From assembly GCA_050015395.1 (NCBI GenBank), contig JBEKBM010000013.1, positions 1-64,000 on the forward strand: a stretch of 64,000 bases of DNA, written 5' to 3'. Shown piece by piece: positions 10,316-21,138 of the stretch. Each line of letters opens with the position of its first letter. Position 1 is the stretch's first letter. Made by a program: the position numbers and the translations under genes. The notes under the pieces are model-generated. The model was not told where the DNA came from and did no database searches. It worked only from the letters and a program-made list of their open reading frames with translations. Source of the stretch: Candidatus Bathyarchaeia archaeon. Lineage in GTDB: Archaea; Thermoproteota; Bathyarchaeia; Bathyarchaeales; Bathycorpusculaceae.

Positions 10316-10416
10316 TGGTACTTAATTTGCTTTGAACTTAAATTGTTGACTGTGCGCTTGAAATATTGTGGGTATATTTATTAGATTGTGGGATTAAATA
10401 TGATGGTGGGAAAAAA

Positions 10417-10677
10417 ATGGGCGAAACCACCATTACCGTTAAAATGGATGAAAAAGGCAGAATCATAATTCCCAGACGCATAAGAAAAGCAGCTCAGCTT
10501 AAGGAAGGCAGCTATATCAACATTAGATCAAAAGGAAAAACCGTTATTATTGAACCAATTGAGCCTGTTGCGGACAAATATTTTGGCGCATTTAAAGTGA
10601 CCAAGTCCACTGAAGATCTAGATGAATTTGTAGTGGAGGTCAAAAAGGAATGGTGGCAGAAGAAAAGCGGTATATAG
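10417..10677 (+). CDS. AbrB/MazE-family antitoxin (VapB)
   Basis: MDEKGRIIIPRRIRK; overlaps the PIN gene. Confidence 0.88.
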   Translation: MGETTITVKMDEKGRIIIPRRIRKAAQLKEGSYINIRSKGKTVIIEPIEPVADKYFGAFKVTKSTEDLDEFVVEVKKEWWQKKSGI

Positions 10678-11075
10678 ATGTCAATATTTTCGTATATTGG
10701 CTGACCGATGATCCAAAATTTGGTGAAATAGCCCACCAATGGATCAAAAATATCGAGGGCTCTCCTCGCGGAGAATATGTCACTTCTAGCTTATGCATCT
10801 ACGAAACACTTGTAATTGTCGCTGGGTTAACTGGCAAAAACTTGAAAGATAAAGTTTTCATTGAAGAAGCCATTAAAGCTATAACAGGAATTAAAGGTTT
10901 GATAATTGAACCGCTTAATCTTGAAGATTTTGTCAGAGCCGTAGACATAATGAACGACTATAAGCTTGACTATGAGGACTCTATACACTTAGCTGTAGCC
11001 ATAAGAACAGGAGCACAAGAAATAATCTCAAATGACAAAGACTTCAAGACAGTACCAATAAAAAGAATCTTCTGA
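10650..11075 (+). CDS. vapC: PIN-domain toxin VapC
   Basis: YIDVNIFVY, YET, DSIHLAVA and ISNDKDF. Confidence 0.9.
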   Translation: MVAEEKRYIDVNIFVYWLTDDPKFGEIAHQWIKNIEGSPRGEYVTSSLCIYETLVIVAGLTGKNLKDKVFIEEAIKAITGIKGLIIEPLNLEDFVRAVDIMNDYKLDYEDSIHLAVAIRTGAQEIISNDKDFKTVPIKRIF

Positions 11076-11085
11076 AAAATCAGGG

Positions 11086-12624
11086 TTATTTGTGGTTGTT
11101 TTTGTTGTTGTAGTCTGTTGTTAGCACGTTCATGGCGCTTAGGACTGCTTCCATGCTGGCTTTAACTATGTCTTCGCGTACTCCCATGGCTGTTACTGCT
11201 CTGTCTCCTTTGCGCATTCGCACGACAACTTCAACCATTGCATCTGTCCCGCCAGTTATCGCTTTAACATTGTACTGTTCCAGCGTGATGGGTTCAACTT
11301 CTGCAATAGCGTTTTTCACGGCGTTTATAGCCGCGTCAACTGGTCCTACGCCGACTGCTGCACCCCAGACGTCTTTGCCGTTTAACCTTAGCCGCACTGA
11401 AGCGGTTGCCGTAACTTTGTCGCCGCTGACAACCGTCATCTCCTCAAGCAGTATTGGTTTGGCTTTGCTTAAGCCCATAACGTTCTCCGCTATCGCCAAC
11501 ACGTCCGCATCCATGACTGTTTTGCCTTTGTCACCTAACTCTTTGATTCGCTTGAATATCTCTTTAAACTGGTCCTCGGTTGGTTTCAACCCCATCTTAT
11601 CCAGCGCAGATTGTATGCCATGCGTTCCAGAGTGTTTTCCGGGCGATATTCGTCGTGTGCCACCGACAAGTTCAGGAGCAATCGGCTCATAAGTCAACGG
11701 GTGAGCAAGCAAACCCTGCGTGTGAATGCCTGATTCATGAGTGAAAGCGTTCTCACCAACGATTGCCTTGTTAGGCTGCACGTTAATACCAGTTAATCTT
11801 GAAACCAGCTGCGAAGTGCTGTACAAAAGCTCGGTTTTGATGTTTAAGTCCAAATTGTACAGTTGCTTTAGCGAAACCACAATTTCCTCCAGTGAAGCGT
11901 TCCCAGCGCGTTCACCTAAACCATTTATCGTCGCGTGAACCTGCGTAGCACCCGCCCTTAATGCTGCAATAGAGTTTGCTACTGCCATTCCGAAGTCGTT
12001 GTGGCAGTGAACGCTGATCGGAACCTTGACCGAATTGTAGAGTTCTGTGAATAATTCGTAGGATTTTTCAGGCGTTAACACACCAACTGTATCGCATGCG
12101 ACAACTCTGTCTGCTCCAGTAGCGACGCCAACTTCATAGAATTTCTTGAGAAAATCAACATCTGTGCGTGTTGCATCTTCAGCTGAAAGTTCAACTATCA
12201 AGCCACAGCTCTTGGCAAGTTGGACGCTGTCTTCGGTGATTTTGAGTAGTTGCTCTTGTGTCTTGTTCAGTTTATATTTTAAGTGTATATCAGACGTTGG
12301 GATGACAAGATGTATACTGTCTGCTCCGCTTTTCGCTACGGCTTCAATGTCGCCTCTTGTTCCTCTGGCGCAACTGGAAATTTCAGCCCTCAAACCCTGC
12401 TTGGCGATTAGGGTTACGGCTTCCATTTCGCCTTCGGAAGCAGCAGCGAACCCAGCCTCAATGACATCTACGCCAAGTTCATCTAAGCGTTGAGCAATCC
12501 TTAGTTTATTTTCAGGAACAAGCGATACTCCAGGTGTTTGTTCACCATCACGAAGGGTGGTGTCTAAAATTCTTACGCGTTTAGGGAAACGATTGAATAA
12601 AGCAATACCCCATTTAAATCCCAT
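11086..12624 (-). CDS. 2-isopropylmalate/citramalate synthase (LeuA/CimA family)
   Basis: DTTLRDGEQTPG, HCHNDFG, HESGIH and a C-terminal regulatory domain with GPVDA. Confidence 0.92.
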   Translation of the reverse strand: MGFKWGIALFNRFPKRVRILDTTLRDGEQTPGVSLVPENKLRIAQRLDELGVDVIEAGFAAASEGEMEAVTLIAKQGLRAEISSCARGTRGDIEAVAKSGADSIHLVIPTSDIHLKYKLNKTQEQLLKITEDSVQLAKSCGLIVELSAEDATRTDVDFLKKFYEVGVATGADRVVACDTVGVLTPEKSYELFTELYNSVKVPISVHCHNDFGMAVANSIAALRAGATQVHATINGLGERAGNASLEEIVVSLKQLYNLDLNIKTELLYSTSQLVSRLTGINVQPNKAIVGENAFTHESGIHTQGLLAHPLTYEPIAPELVGGTRRISPGKHSGTHGIQSALDKMGLKPTEDQFKEIFKRIKELGDKGKTVMDADVLAIAENVMGLSKAKPILLEEMTVVSGDKVTATASVRLRLNGKDVWGAAVGVGPVDAAINAVKNAIAEVEPITLEQYNVKAITGGTDAMVEVVVRMRKGDRAVTAMGVREDIVKASMEAVLSAMNVLTTDYNNKNNHK

Positions 12625-12698
12625 CTCTTTTCAAGGCGTCACCCTTAAATATAAAATTATTGGTGTCTTAATGTTAATGCAGCACAGAGGCATTTAAG

Positions 12699-14327
12699 AT
12701 GAGAAGTGACGAGATAAAACTCGGAACAGAGCGGGCGCCACACAGAGCCCTGCTAAAAAGTTTAGGTTTAACAGACCAAGATATAGCTAAACCATTCATT
12801 GGGATAGCTAACAGTTACACGTCAATCGTTCCCGGGCATGTTCACCTTAGAATCTTAGGTGAAGCGGTTAAGGAAGGCATTCTTGAAGCTGGCGGAACAC
12901 CCTTCGAATTTAACACCATAGCCGTATGCGATGGTATAGCGATGGGTCATGAAGGCATGCGGTATTCGCTTCCAAGCCGCGAATTAATCGCGGACTCAGT
13001 AGAAATCATGATGCAAGCCCACCGCTTAGACGGCATGGTAATGATTTCAAACTGTGATAAAGTCACGCCAGGCATGCTTATGGCAGCAGCACGGCTAAAC
13101 GTGCCCGCCATATCAGTCACAGGCGGACCAATGGAATCAGGCATACTAAACGGACAAAAAGTCGGCGTCAACAACGTTTTCGAAGCAGTAGGCAAAGTCT
13201 TCGCTGGCAAAATGACCGCGGAGGAATCAGCAATGCTGGAGAACGTGGCTTGTCCCGGCTGCGGCTCCTGCAACGGCATGTTCACAGCAAACACCATGGC
13301 TTGCATGACTGAAGCGTTAGGCATGTCTCTTCCTTACTGCGCTACAGCATTAGCGAATGGTGCATTGAAGCAGAGAATTGCCAAAGAGACAGGCAAAAAA
13401 ATCCTTGAACTAATCAAAAAAGACATCAAGCCCTCACAAATAATGACTCAGAGCGCCTTCGAAAACGCTGCCGCAGTTGACATGGCGCTTGGAGGCTCCA
13501 CAAACACAGTTTTGCACCTTTCAGCCATAGCAAATGAAGCCGGAGCTAAACTTAACCTTTCAACCTATGACGAAATCGGACGAAAAGTTCCGCATTTGTG
13601 CAACATGGTTCCAACTGGCTCTTTCGATATGGAAGATTTAGGCAACGCGGGCGGTTTACCTGCGTTGATAAAGCAGCTTAAGCCATTTGTGCATTTTGAT
13701 GCTTTAACGGTTACGGGTAAAACGGTTGGCGAAAATGTTGCAGACGCCAAAGTAATAAACGCTGAAGTAATCCGTCCATTGGATAATCCAGTTCACAAAG
13801 AAGGCGGCATCGCTATACTCAAAGGCAATTTGGCGCCTCAAGGATCAGTGGTGAAAATGGCGGCAGTCTCGCCTAAAATGATGAGGCATCAAGGTCCAGC
13901 GAAAGTTTACGATTCAGAGCGCCAAGCGGAAGAAGCCATGAAGCGTCATGAAGTGGTAGCTGGCGACATTGTGGTTATTCGTTATGAAGGACCAAAAGGT
14001 GGCCCTGGAATGCCTGAAATGCTAATTCCCACAGCTACCATTGCAGGCATGGGCTTAAGCGAAAGTGTAGCCTTGATAACGGATGGAAGATTTTCTGGTG
14101 CGACGCGTGGACCATGCATTGGGCACGTTGCCCCTGAAGCTTTCGAAGGCGGGTCTATTGCGGTTCTAAAAAACGGTGACAAGATAACCATTGACATTCC
14201 CAACAGAGTTCTGAAAGTTGAGCTGTCAGAGCAGGAGCTTAAAGAGCGGTTGGCAGCGTGGAAGCCTAGGAAGCCTAAAATCTCTAAGGGTTATCTAAGC
14301 AAGTATTCGCCGACTCCACTAGAATAA
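12699..14327 (+). CDS. ilvD: Dihydroxy-acid dehydratase
   Basis: [33 protein letters not shown] and TDGRFSG. Confidence 0.96.
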   Translation: MRSDEIKLGTERAPHRALLKSLGLTDQDIAKPFIGIANSYTSIVPGHVHLRILGEAVKEGILEAGGTPFEFNTIAVCDGIAMGHEGMRYSLPSRELIADSVEIMMQAHRLDGMVMISNCDKVTPGMLMAAARLNVPAISVTGGPMESGILNGQKVGVNNVFEAVGKVFAGKMTAEESAMLENVACPGCGSCNGMFTANTMACMTEALGMSLPYCATALANGALKQRIAKETGKKILELIKKDIKPSQIMTQSAFENAAAVDMALGGSTNTVLHLSAIANEAGAKLNLSTYDEIGRKVPHLCNMVPTGSFDMEDLGNAGGLPALIKQLKPFVHFDALTVTGKTVGENVADAKVINAEVIRPLDNPVHKEGGIAILKGNLAPQGSVVKMAAVSPKMMRHQGPAKVYDSERQAEEAMKRHEVVAGDIVVIRYEGPKGGPGMPEMLIPTATIAGMGLSESVALITDGRFSGATRGPCIGHVAPEAFEGGSIAVLKNGDKITIDIPNRVLKVELSEQELKERLAAWKPRKPKISKGYLSKYSPTPLE

Positions 14328-14680
14328 GTCATGGAAAGTTAGGAAGAAGGGAAAACAAGAAGGGTTGGTAACCGCTAGTTTACCTATAGCAACCACACGG
14401 GTCTTCGCTGGAAAAGACTGGGGGCACCAACCAAGTCTTCTCGGCAAACTGGCTTCAACAGTAACGCTCACTAGTATAAGGTGCAGTCGTAGTCTCCGTT
14501 TTTTAAGCAAGGTTCGGTCGGGTGTTTGTGATAGTAGCGTAACTACTGCAAATGTTTTTACGGCAAAAGTCGTTAATTTTTGTTATCGCATTGTTTTAAT
14601 CAAGCATGTTGTTGTTTTGGCGCGCAAAGCATGAATATCGGTTGAAAGTGTTTTTTATGGTTTTAGTTGAAGGAATCAAA

Positions 14681-15007
14681 ATGAAAGCTAAGCCTATACG
14701 TAAAGAGCAGCTCGTTAAAGCATGGAAAACTCTATCGTGCAAGCCCCTGCCTAAAGTTAAAGCGCTCGAATTAAGCGATGAGGATTTTAACCATGCTATT
14801 CAGCACAGGCACTGCTTTGAAGATGAACTGTGCGAGATTGAGGAATGGGGCAGGGTTCTTTCAACTAAGGGCACTGATGCGTGTGTGTTTAACGGTGAAG
14901 AAACCGACGACGCCGAATACATCATACTTGTCAGGGAAAACCCATACCACAGCTTAGATGAAATTATTCTTCACGAATTATCGCATATCGCCAGAGGAGA
15001 CCTCTAA
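14681..15007 (+). CDS. Small protein with C-terminal HExxH (zincin-like) motif
   Basis: IILHELSHI five residues before the stop. Confidence 0.6.
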   Translation: MKAKPIRKEQLVKAWKTLSCKPLPKVKALELSDEDFNHAIQHRHCFEDELCEIEEWGRVLSTKGTDACVFNGEETDDAEYIILVRENPYHSLDEIILHELSHIARGDL

Positions 15008-15960
15008 CCGCTCATTTTACCTATAACGCTTTCAGCAAACAGCCTCAACCCGTCTATTCTTGGCAGGTCAGCGAAAAACAGCATAAAATAAGTCACACCC
15101 AAATCCATGTAAACCTGCAAACGTTCCCTACATTCATCCGGAGTTCCTGCCAAAGTAGTCTTCTTGAAATCTTCTAAGCTAACATTTGCTGGTTTCCGCT
15201 GGGAAATCTTTTCGCTCAGTTCTCTTTGATTCTGCGCAATCAGCACTTGGCCGCCGGGCCAGCAGGACTTCTCAATTTCCATAAAGTTTCTGCCAATTAC
15301 TTTGCATTGGTTCTCTAAAACCATAAGTTTACGCTTATACACTTCAATGGACGGCAAGAAACCCCAATCATACCTGTCTGCATATGGAGCGGTCACTTTC
15401 CGCATCAGTAGTTCGCCGCTTCCGCCAACAGTTATGGGTGGACGAGGTTCCTGCAAGGGTTTAGGCTCACAAACAGCATTTTTCAGCGTGTAGTGGTTTC
15501 CTTGGTAGTTTGCTTTTTCTTCCATCCAAAGTCGCCTTATTACTTCCAAAGCCTCACTTAAACGCTCTATTCTGACGCTTGGCGGGGGGAAACCAAAACC
15601 ATAAGCAATGTGCTCGGTTTCTTGGGTACCTGCTCCTATTCCAAGCTCTAACCTGCCATTCGACAAGACATCTAGCGTAGCAGCCATCTTGGCAAGCAAA
15701 GCTGGGTTTCTATGCGCGCTACAGGAGACCATTGTTCCAAGCCGTATCTTGCTGGTTAATGAGGCGAGTGCGGAGAGGGTTGTCCAGCTTTCAAGTATAG
15801 GCCAGTCGTTGTACATTAGATGGTCGTCTAGCCAAACTGCATGATAGCCTTGGTGTTCACATTCTAAAACAATATCTCGAATGAGGCTGAAGTTTTCTTT
15901 GGAATCTTTCGCTTGGAACGCGTAGAATGGAAGGAATACTCCGAATTTTAGTTTGCCCAA
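15004..15960 (-). CDS. Luciferase-like (LLM) flavin/F420-dependent oxidoreductase
   Basis: WLDDHL, RNPALLAKMAATLDVLSNGRLELGIGAG and PKPLQ. Confidence 0.92.
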   Translation of the reverse strand: MGKLKFGVFLPFYAFQAKDSKENFSLIRDIVLECEHQGYHAVWLDDHLMYNDWPILESWTTLSALASLTSKIRLGTMVSCSAHRNPALLAKMAATLDVLSNGRLELGIGAGTQETEHIAYGFGFPPPSVRIERLSEALEVIRRLWMEEKANYQGNHYTLKNAVCEPKPLQEPRPPITVGGSGELLMRKVTAPYADRYDWGFLPSIEVYKRKLMVLENQCKVIGRNFMEIEKSCWPGGQVLIAQNQRELSEKISQRKPANVSLEDFKKTTLAGTPDECRERLQVYMDLGVTYFMLFFADLPRIDGLRLFAESVIGKMSG

Positions 15961-16039
15961 GCCATGCCTCCAGCCTGCTAAGCCATAATTTAAAGGTTAA
16001 TGTTGCAGTGGAGTAATTAGGCTTTAGCATAGCAAGCTG

Positions 16040-17491
16040 TCATTTAGCGGGCACTTCTTTTCTTATGTCCCTTCCCCTAATAAACGACAATACACCCGCA
16101 ACCGCCAGTATAGCTATTGAAGCATAAAACGCGTGATCTATGCCGGATATGAATGCTTGGCTGACGCCGCCAGACAGGCTCTTTGTTCCAATGAACACTT
16201 CGAAAGCCACTTGCCTAGGTAATGAGGCTGCCGCAACCGAGATTGTTAAAACATAGCTCCCGACTAATCCAATATTTTGCACAGTTCGCAACAAGCCGGA
16301 GATGCTACCGTAGGATCCTGTTCTTGCATTCGCCATTACAGCACTATTGTTGGCTGGGAAAAACATGGAGGTTCCTAAGCCAGATACGGCTGAAGCGAAC
16401 AGGACAATGTAAAGCGACGAAGTGGCGTTCATCGTTAAATAAATCACTATAGCGACGGCTAAGAAGAATATTCCTGTTGTAGCAATTTCTCTTGAACCGT
16501 ACTTGTCGGAGAGTCTGCCCATTATGGGACCTAGAAAACTGCCAGCGACATATCCGGGCACCAGCAGTAATGAAGCATTTAACGGTGTGAGTGCTCTTAT
16601 TCCCTGCAAGTACATTATCACTAGGAACACCACAGAGAAGTAGCCAACGCTTGTAAAGAATGCTGAAAAGATTGCATTCCTCAGAACCCTAATTTTGAGT
16701 GCTTCGAAGTCAATCATGGGATTTTTAAGCCTGCGATCATACCATATGTAGACGGGCATTAGCACCGCTCCAATCACCGTTAAAGTGATGTTTAAGGCGC
16801 TGATTCCTTCTGAGGCGAAATTCACCAATCCCAACGAGAGCAACACTAATGCTGAGGCAAGCAGCCCCATTCCAGCCAGGTCTAGTTTGGCAGATGTTTT
16901 TTCGAAATCCTTAATGTATTTTAATCCTACTATTACTGCGATTATGCCGATTGGAATGTTTATGAAGAAAATATATTGCCAGCTAAGAAAGGTGGTGATT
17001 ATTCCGCCTAAAACGATGCCTAACATTGCTCCAGCCGTAAAGCCAAGCGAATTGTAACCGTAAGCTCTGCCGCGTCTTTCTCTGGGAAAATAATCAGCTA
17101 TTATGGCTCCGCTGGTTGCTTGCAGGAGGGCTCCACCTACCGCCTGAACTGCTCTGAAGCCTATGAGAAGATAGATGTGGGTTGAGAAACCGCATAAAGC
17201 TGAGCCGACGGTGAAAATTACGAAGCCTAAGTTGAATATTCTGCTTCTGCCATAGATGTCTCCTATTCTTCCCATCTGTGTGGTTGCAACGGCGAGGACA
17301 AGAAGGTAAGCAAGAATTATCCACAATGATGTCGATAGGTCGGAGTGGAGCTTGTCATTTATAACGGGGAAAGCCAGAAGAACGATGGTGCTGTCAAGCG
17401 CACCCATGAGAGTTCCAAGCATCACGATGGCTAACACTATGCTACTGTGCCTTCCAGAAGTGGAAATCGGTTTGCTGGGAACTTCTTGCAT
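16040..17491 (-). CDS. MFS transporter, DHA2 family
   Basis: LDSTIV, GRIGDIYGR and WQYIFFINIPIG; about 14 TM segments. Confidence 0.92.
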   Translation of the reverse strand: MQEVPSKPISTSGRHSSIVLAIVMLGTLMGALDSTIVLLAFPVINDKLHSDLSTSLWIILAYLLVLAVATTQMGRIGDIYGRSRIFNLGFVIFTVGSALCGFSTHIYLLIGFRAVQAVGGALLQATSGAIIADYFPRERRGRAYGYNSLGFTAGAMLGIVLGGIITTFLSWQYIFFINIPIGIIAVIVGLKYIKDFEKTSAKLDLAGMGLLASALVLLSLGLVNFASEGISALNITLTVIGAVLMPVYIWYDRRLKNPMIDFEALKIRVLRNAIFSAFFTSVGYFSVVFLVIMYLQGIRALTPLNASLLLVPGYVAGSFLGPIMGRLSDKYGSREIATTGIFFLAVAIVIYLTMNATSSLYIVLFASAVSGLGTSMFFPANNSAVMANARTGSYGSISGLLRTVQNIGLVGSYVLTISVAAASLPRQVAFEVFIGTKSLSGGVSQAFISGIDHAFYASIAILAVAGVLSFIRGRDIRKEVPAK

Positions 17492-17727
17492 TTAATTCAC
17501 CGCTTAGTTATCTTTCCTTTAGAATCGTTATTGTTTAATTTAAAATTGCTTGAGTCTTTTAAAAATATTAACCAATTTTATTAAGATAGATGTAACTAAA
17601 GATTTAGAATTTCTTAAGTTAAAAAGTGTATTGATTGACGACAGTAAACTGCAAAAACCAGAGGATAAGTAATTATAATTCATAAAACGTATTTTTAGAT
17701 TAAACCGCCTTCCAGTTGTGTCTCCAA

Positions 17728-18198
17728 ATGCCAGATAAAAACGTTTCTAACGTCGACATATTCGGCTTGTTATCAGAAGAGAGCTCTGAGCAGGCAAAAA
17801 AGAAGCGCAGACAAGAGCTTTTGGAGCCAACAGGCGTAAAAGAACTATTCAAGGAAGGAAACATAAGCGTAAACAAGTACACATGCGATGGCGTGCAATG
17901 CAAGTTATGTGTTAAAGCTTGCCCAACTAACGCTTTGTACTGGAAAGCCGGTGAAGTAGGAATCATAGAGGACTTATGCGTTTACTGCGGCGCTTGCGTG
18001 TTAAACTGCATGGTTGATGACTGCATAAAAATCGAGCGGAAACGTGAGGACGGCAAAGTTGAACGCTTCAGCAAGCCAAAAGACGTTATACTGCTTGAAG
18101 AGAAAGTTAACGGAAAGAAGCGTTTAGATCGTGTGAAGGCAATTTTCCCAACCGCTGATGAGTACCTCGATAAATACGCCGCTAAGCAGAAAGCATAA
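17728..18198 (+). CDS. 4Fe-4S dicluster protein
   Basis: CDGVQCKLCVKACP and CVYCGACVLNC. Confidence 0.88.
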   Translation: MPDKNVSNVDIFGLLSEESSEQAKKKRRQELLEPTGVKELFKEGNISVNKYTCDGVQCKLCVKACPTNALYWKAGEVGIIEDLCVYCGACVLNCMVDDCIKIERKREDGKVERFSKPKDVILLEEKVNGKKRLDRVKAIFPTADEYLDKYAAKQKA

Positions 18199-18273
18199 TG
18201 AAACTTATTTTTCAACAGGAATACTGATAAGCAAAAACATTACTTACAAACCAAGAACAAGAAGGCAACGAAA

Positions 18274-19299
18274 ATGATTAAAACTTACAAAATAGCCGTG
18301 CTTAAAGGCGACGACATAGGACCAGAAGTCACAGAGGCAACCGTAAAAGTTCTCCAAGCAATTCAAGAAAAATCAAACTTTAAACTTAACCTTCTTTATG
18401 GCGAAGCAGGATACCACTGCATAGCCAAATATGGCACTAACTTGCCTAAAGAAACGCTAGAGCTGATAAAACAAACCAGCGCTTGCCTGAAAGGACCAAT
18501 GACTACGCCTGAAGAGCCAAGTGCACCAGTAAGCGTAGCTGTAGCACTCCGCAAAATCTTCAACCTTTATGCAAATGTGCGTCCATGCCGAAGCTTCCCA
18601 AATGTTGAAGCCTTAAAACCAAACATAGACTTAGTGTTCGTACGAGAGAATACTGAAGGTTTGTACTCTGGCGCTGAATCTCTGCTTGCTCCAGGCGTCG
18701 GCATAGCTCTAAGAATAATCACAAGGGAAGCATCGCTTAAAATAGCTAATTTCGCGTTCAAGCTTGCTTCTCAGCGCAGAAAGCACCTAACTTACGTGCA
18801 CAAAGGCAATATCCTAAGAATAACCGACGGCATATTCAAAGACGCCGTTAAAGAAGCCCAGCAAAAGTACCCTGACGTAACAGTTGACGACTTGCACGTT
18901 GACGCGGCAACTATGCAACTAATCAAAAAACCGGAAGCCTACGATGTAATAGTTACAACTAACCTTTTCGGCGACATACTCTCAGACGAAGCAGCACAAG
19001 TAACAGGAAGCTTAGGCTTAGCAGCAGGAGCAAACATCGGCGAAACATACGGCATGTTCGAACCAGTACACGGTTCAGCACCAAAATACACAGGCATGAA
19101 CAGGGTTAACCCCATAGCCACCATACTGGCGGGTTCCATGATGCTCGATTATCTCGGCGAAAAAGAAGCCGCAGCCAAAATCGAAAACGCAGTAATAAGC
19201 GTGTTCAACGAGGGCAAGGTGAGAACAGCTGATTTAGGCGGCTCCGCATCCACAGACGAAATGGCAAATGCCGTAGTAGCAAAACTTAAGGCGGCCTGA
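18274..19299 (+). CDS. Isocitrate/isopropylmalate dehydrogenase-family enzyme
   Basis: RENTEGLY, NLFGDILSD, EPVHGSAP and NPIATIL. Confidence 0.92.
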   Translation: MIKTYKIAVLKGDDIGPEVTEATVKVLQAIQEKSNFKLNLLYGEAGYHCIAKYGTNLPKETLELIKQTSACLKGPMTTPEEPSAPVSVAVALRKIFNLYANVRPCRSFPNVEALKPNIDLVFVRENTEGLYSGAESLLAPGVGIALRIITREASLKIANFAFKLASQRRKHLTYVHKGNILRITDGIFKDAVKEAQQKYPDVTVDDLHVDAATMQLIKKPEAYDVIVTTNLFGDILSDEAAQVTGSLGLAAGANIGETYGMFEPVHGSAPKYTGMNRVNPIATILAGSMMLDYLGEKEAAAKIENAVISVFNEGKVRTADLGGSASTDEMANAVVAKLKAA

Positions 19300-20440
19300 T
19301 TGAGACAGCCGTTGCACTTCGAGTAGATAACTCCATTTTATCTCCAAAACCTTTTTTCACATAAACATTTTCCAAGAACAATTTGTCACCAATCTTTAAT
19401 CCACTAAGGGCTTCTGCGTGTTGACGCCAAGCCGAAACCCGAACAGCACCAGACTCGTCTTTTAGCTCAAAAACCGTCAGCTTCACGGTTTCACCTTTTG
19501 CTGTGGTTACTTCTTTGCTTTCAGGAACCGTTGAAACTACACCTTCAACGTTGGCGATTTGGTTCTCAGTTAGGCTGGCTATTTTCGTCAACTGTGGTGC
19601 AGCAACTTGAACATTAACAAAACTGGTGAAGTCAACGTGAACTTCTATGGAGCCGTTTTGGGTTTCTTTCACTTTAGCGTTACCCAATTGCAAACACGTG
19701 TTCGCTTTGAGGTTTTTTTCTAATTCTTGGGCTTTTTCATTCCAAGCAACCACTGTCACTTCTCCAGAATCATCCGCTAAAGTGAATCGCATGACTGTTC
19801 CATCGCTTTGATCACTTCGGGTGAACTTGGTTAAGCCTAAAACCGCTTTTACAGTGCCAGAAAGATGCACATTCCCAGACGTTTTATTTAGAGAACCTAT
19901 TTTGGTAGCAAACTTATCGATTGCTGGGTATTCGCTGGCTTTTTCTTGAGGCTCCACTTCAATTTGGCTTTTGCCGCCAAGATGCAACTCAACTTTGCCA
20001 TAAAGATCTTGCCGCGTGTATCCATGAACAAGCCGAACCGCCTGTCCAACTTTCAACTCGCCCTTCTCAACCAAATCAGCCTTATCATTCCACAACACAA
20101 CACGTATGATGCCGTCGCTATCAGCAACCATTAACGTTGCGAGTTTACCAGGTTTTTCTCCTTCGAAGGTTCGAGCTGGAAAAACAGCGATTAACCGACC
20201 TGCCACTGTAACGTCGTTTAAGCCAGCGAACAAGCGGTTTGTTGATAGGGTTCCATTGTTGTGAATTGTGTTTTGTTGCACTTCAACGCCATATTTGGCG
20301 GCGATTAACCTCAGAAGCGTTTCGTCACCAAGCAGGCCGCCTGTTCTAGATTTTTCAGCCTGCATTTTTTCGAGAATTTGCTCTTGGCTGATTTCTGGGT
20401 TTTTTGCGAGAATTTTGTCGATTATCTCTTGGGTGGTCAT
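19286..20440 (-). CDS. Replication protein A-like multi-OB-fold ssDNA-binding protein
   Basis: Three OB repeats (D.SG...V..W) following a DUF2240-like N-terminus. Confidence 0.88.
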   Translation of the reverse strand: MTTQEIIDKILAKNPEISQEQILEKMQAEKSRTGGLLGDETLLRLIAAKYGVEVQQNTIHNNGTLSTNRLFAGLNDVTVAGRLIAVFPARTFEGEKPGKLATLMVADSDGIIRVVLWNDKADLVEKGELKVGQAVRLVHGYTRQDLYGKVELHLGGKSQIEVEPQEKASEYPAIDKFATKIGSLNKTSGNVHLSGTVKAVLGLTKFTRSDQSDGTVMRFTLADDSGEVTVVAWNEKAQELEKNLKANTCLQLGNAKVKETQNGSIEVHVDFTSFVNVQVAAPQLTKIASLTENQIANVEGVVSTVPESKEVTTAKGETVKLTVFELKDESGAVRVSAWRQHAEALSGLKIGDKLFLENVYVKKGFGDKMELSTRSATAVSIRPP

Positions 20441-20562
20441 TTTGCGCCGACACGATAAAGGTATGCTTGTGCTTTTAATTTTTTGCATTTCTCTGTAAGT
20501 GTTGTTATGTTTATTAAAAACGCGGTTTCATCTTTAGTTTGGAGCGCTGGAGGAAAAAACGG

Positions 20563-20823
20563 GTGGATCTTGCAGTTTTTTACGCGCTTGGCATAGCGTT
20601 GGTTGCCGTGGGAATCATCATTATTGTTATAGCGATTATTCTAGCCTCTATGCGCGGCGCTGGAAAGGGAAAGGTGAAAGGTGCTGGCGTAATTATGATT
20701 GGTCCTATTCCGATAATTTTCGGGACAGATAAGAAATCAGTTAAGTCTGTTTTGGCGCTTGCTTTAGCCCTCACCATAACGCTTGTGATTGCTATGGTAA
20801 TATATTACTGGTTGTTGAGGTAA
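20563..20823 (+). CDS. DUF131-family membrane protein
   Basis: GVIMIGPIPIIFGTD. Confidence 0.85.
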   Translation: MDLAVFYALGIALVAVGIIIIVIAIILASMRGAGKGKVKGAGVIMIGPIPIIFGTDKKSVKSVLALALALTITLVIAMVIYYWLLR

Positions 20824-20829
20824 ACTGGC

Positions 20830-21126
20830 ATGTTAAGCGAGCAGGAAACTGAGGACGAAGGCATCACTGTGTCGAGTAGGCTTTTTGGTTTTTTGATTTT
20901 AGGAATTGCTTTAGTGTTCGTTGGCATAGTGGTTTTGGTGGTTGTTTCCTTGTTTTTAGGCAGTTCAGGAAGTGTTGGGGTTGTTATTTTTATCGGTCCA
21001 TTTCCGATCGTTTTTGGGTCGGGACCAAATGCTGATTGGCTTATTTTGGTTGGTATAATTCTTGCTGTTTTGAGTATAGTGCTCTTTTGGGTTATGAACA
21101 GAAGACAGATTGGGTTTAACAGTTAA
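20830..21126 (+). CDS. DUF131-family membrane protein
   Basis: VVIFIGPFPIVFGSG. Confidence 0.85.
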   Translation: MLSEQETEDEGITVSSRLFGFLILGIALVFVGIVVLVVVSLFLGSSGSVGVVIFIGPFPIVFGSGPNADWLILVGIILAVLSIVLFWVMNRRQIGFNS

Positions 21127-21138
21127 GAAGAAGGGGTT

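Noticed and set aside
18307-18330. GDDIGPEV in place of the usual GDGIGPEV
   Set aside because: A single substitution that cannot be distinguished from polymorphism or error
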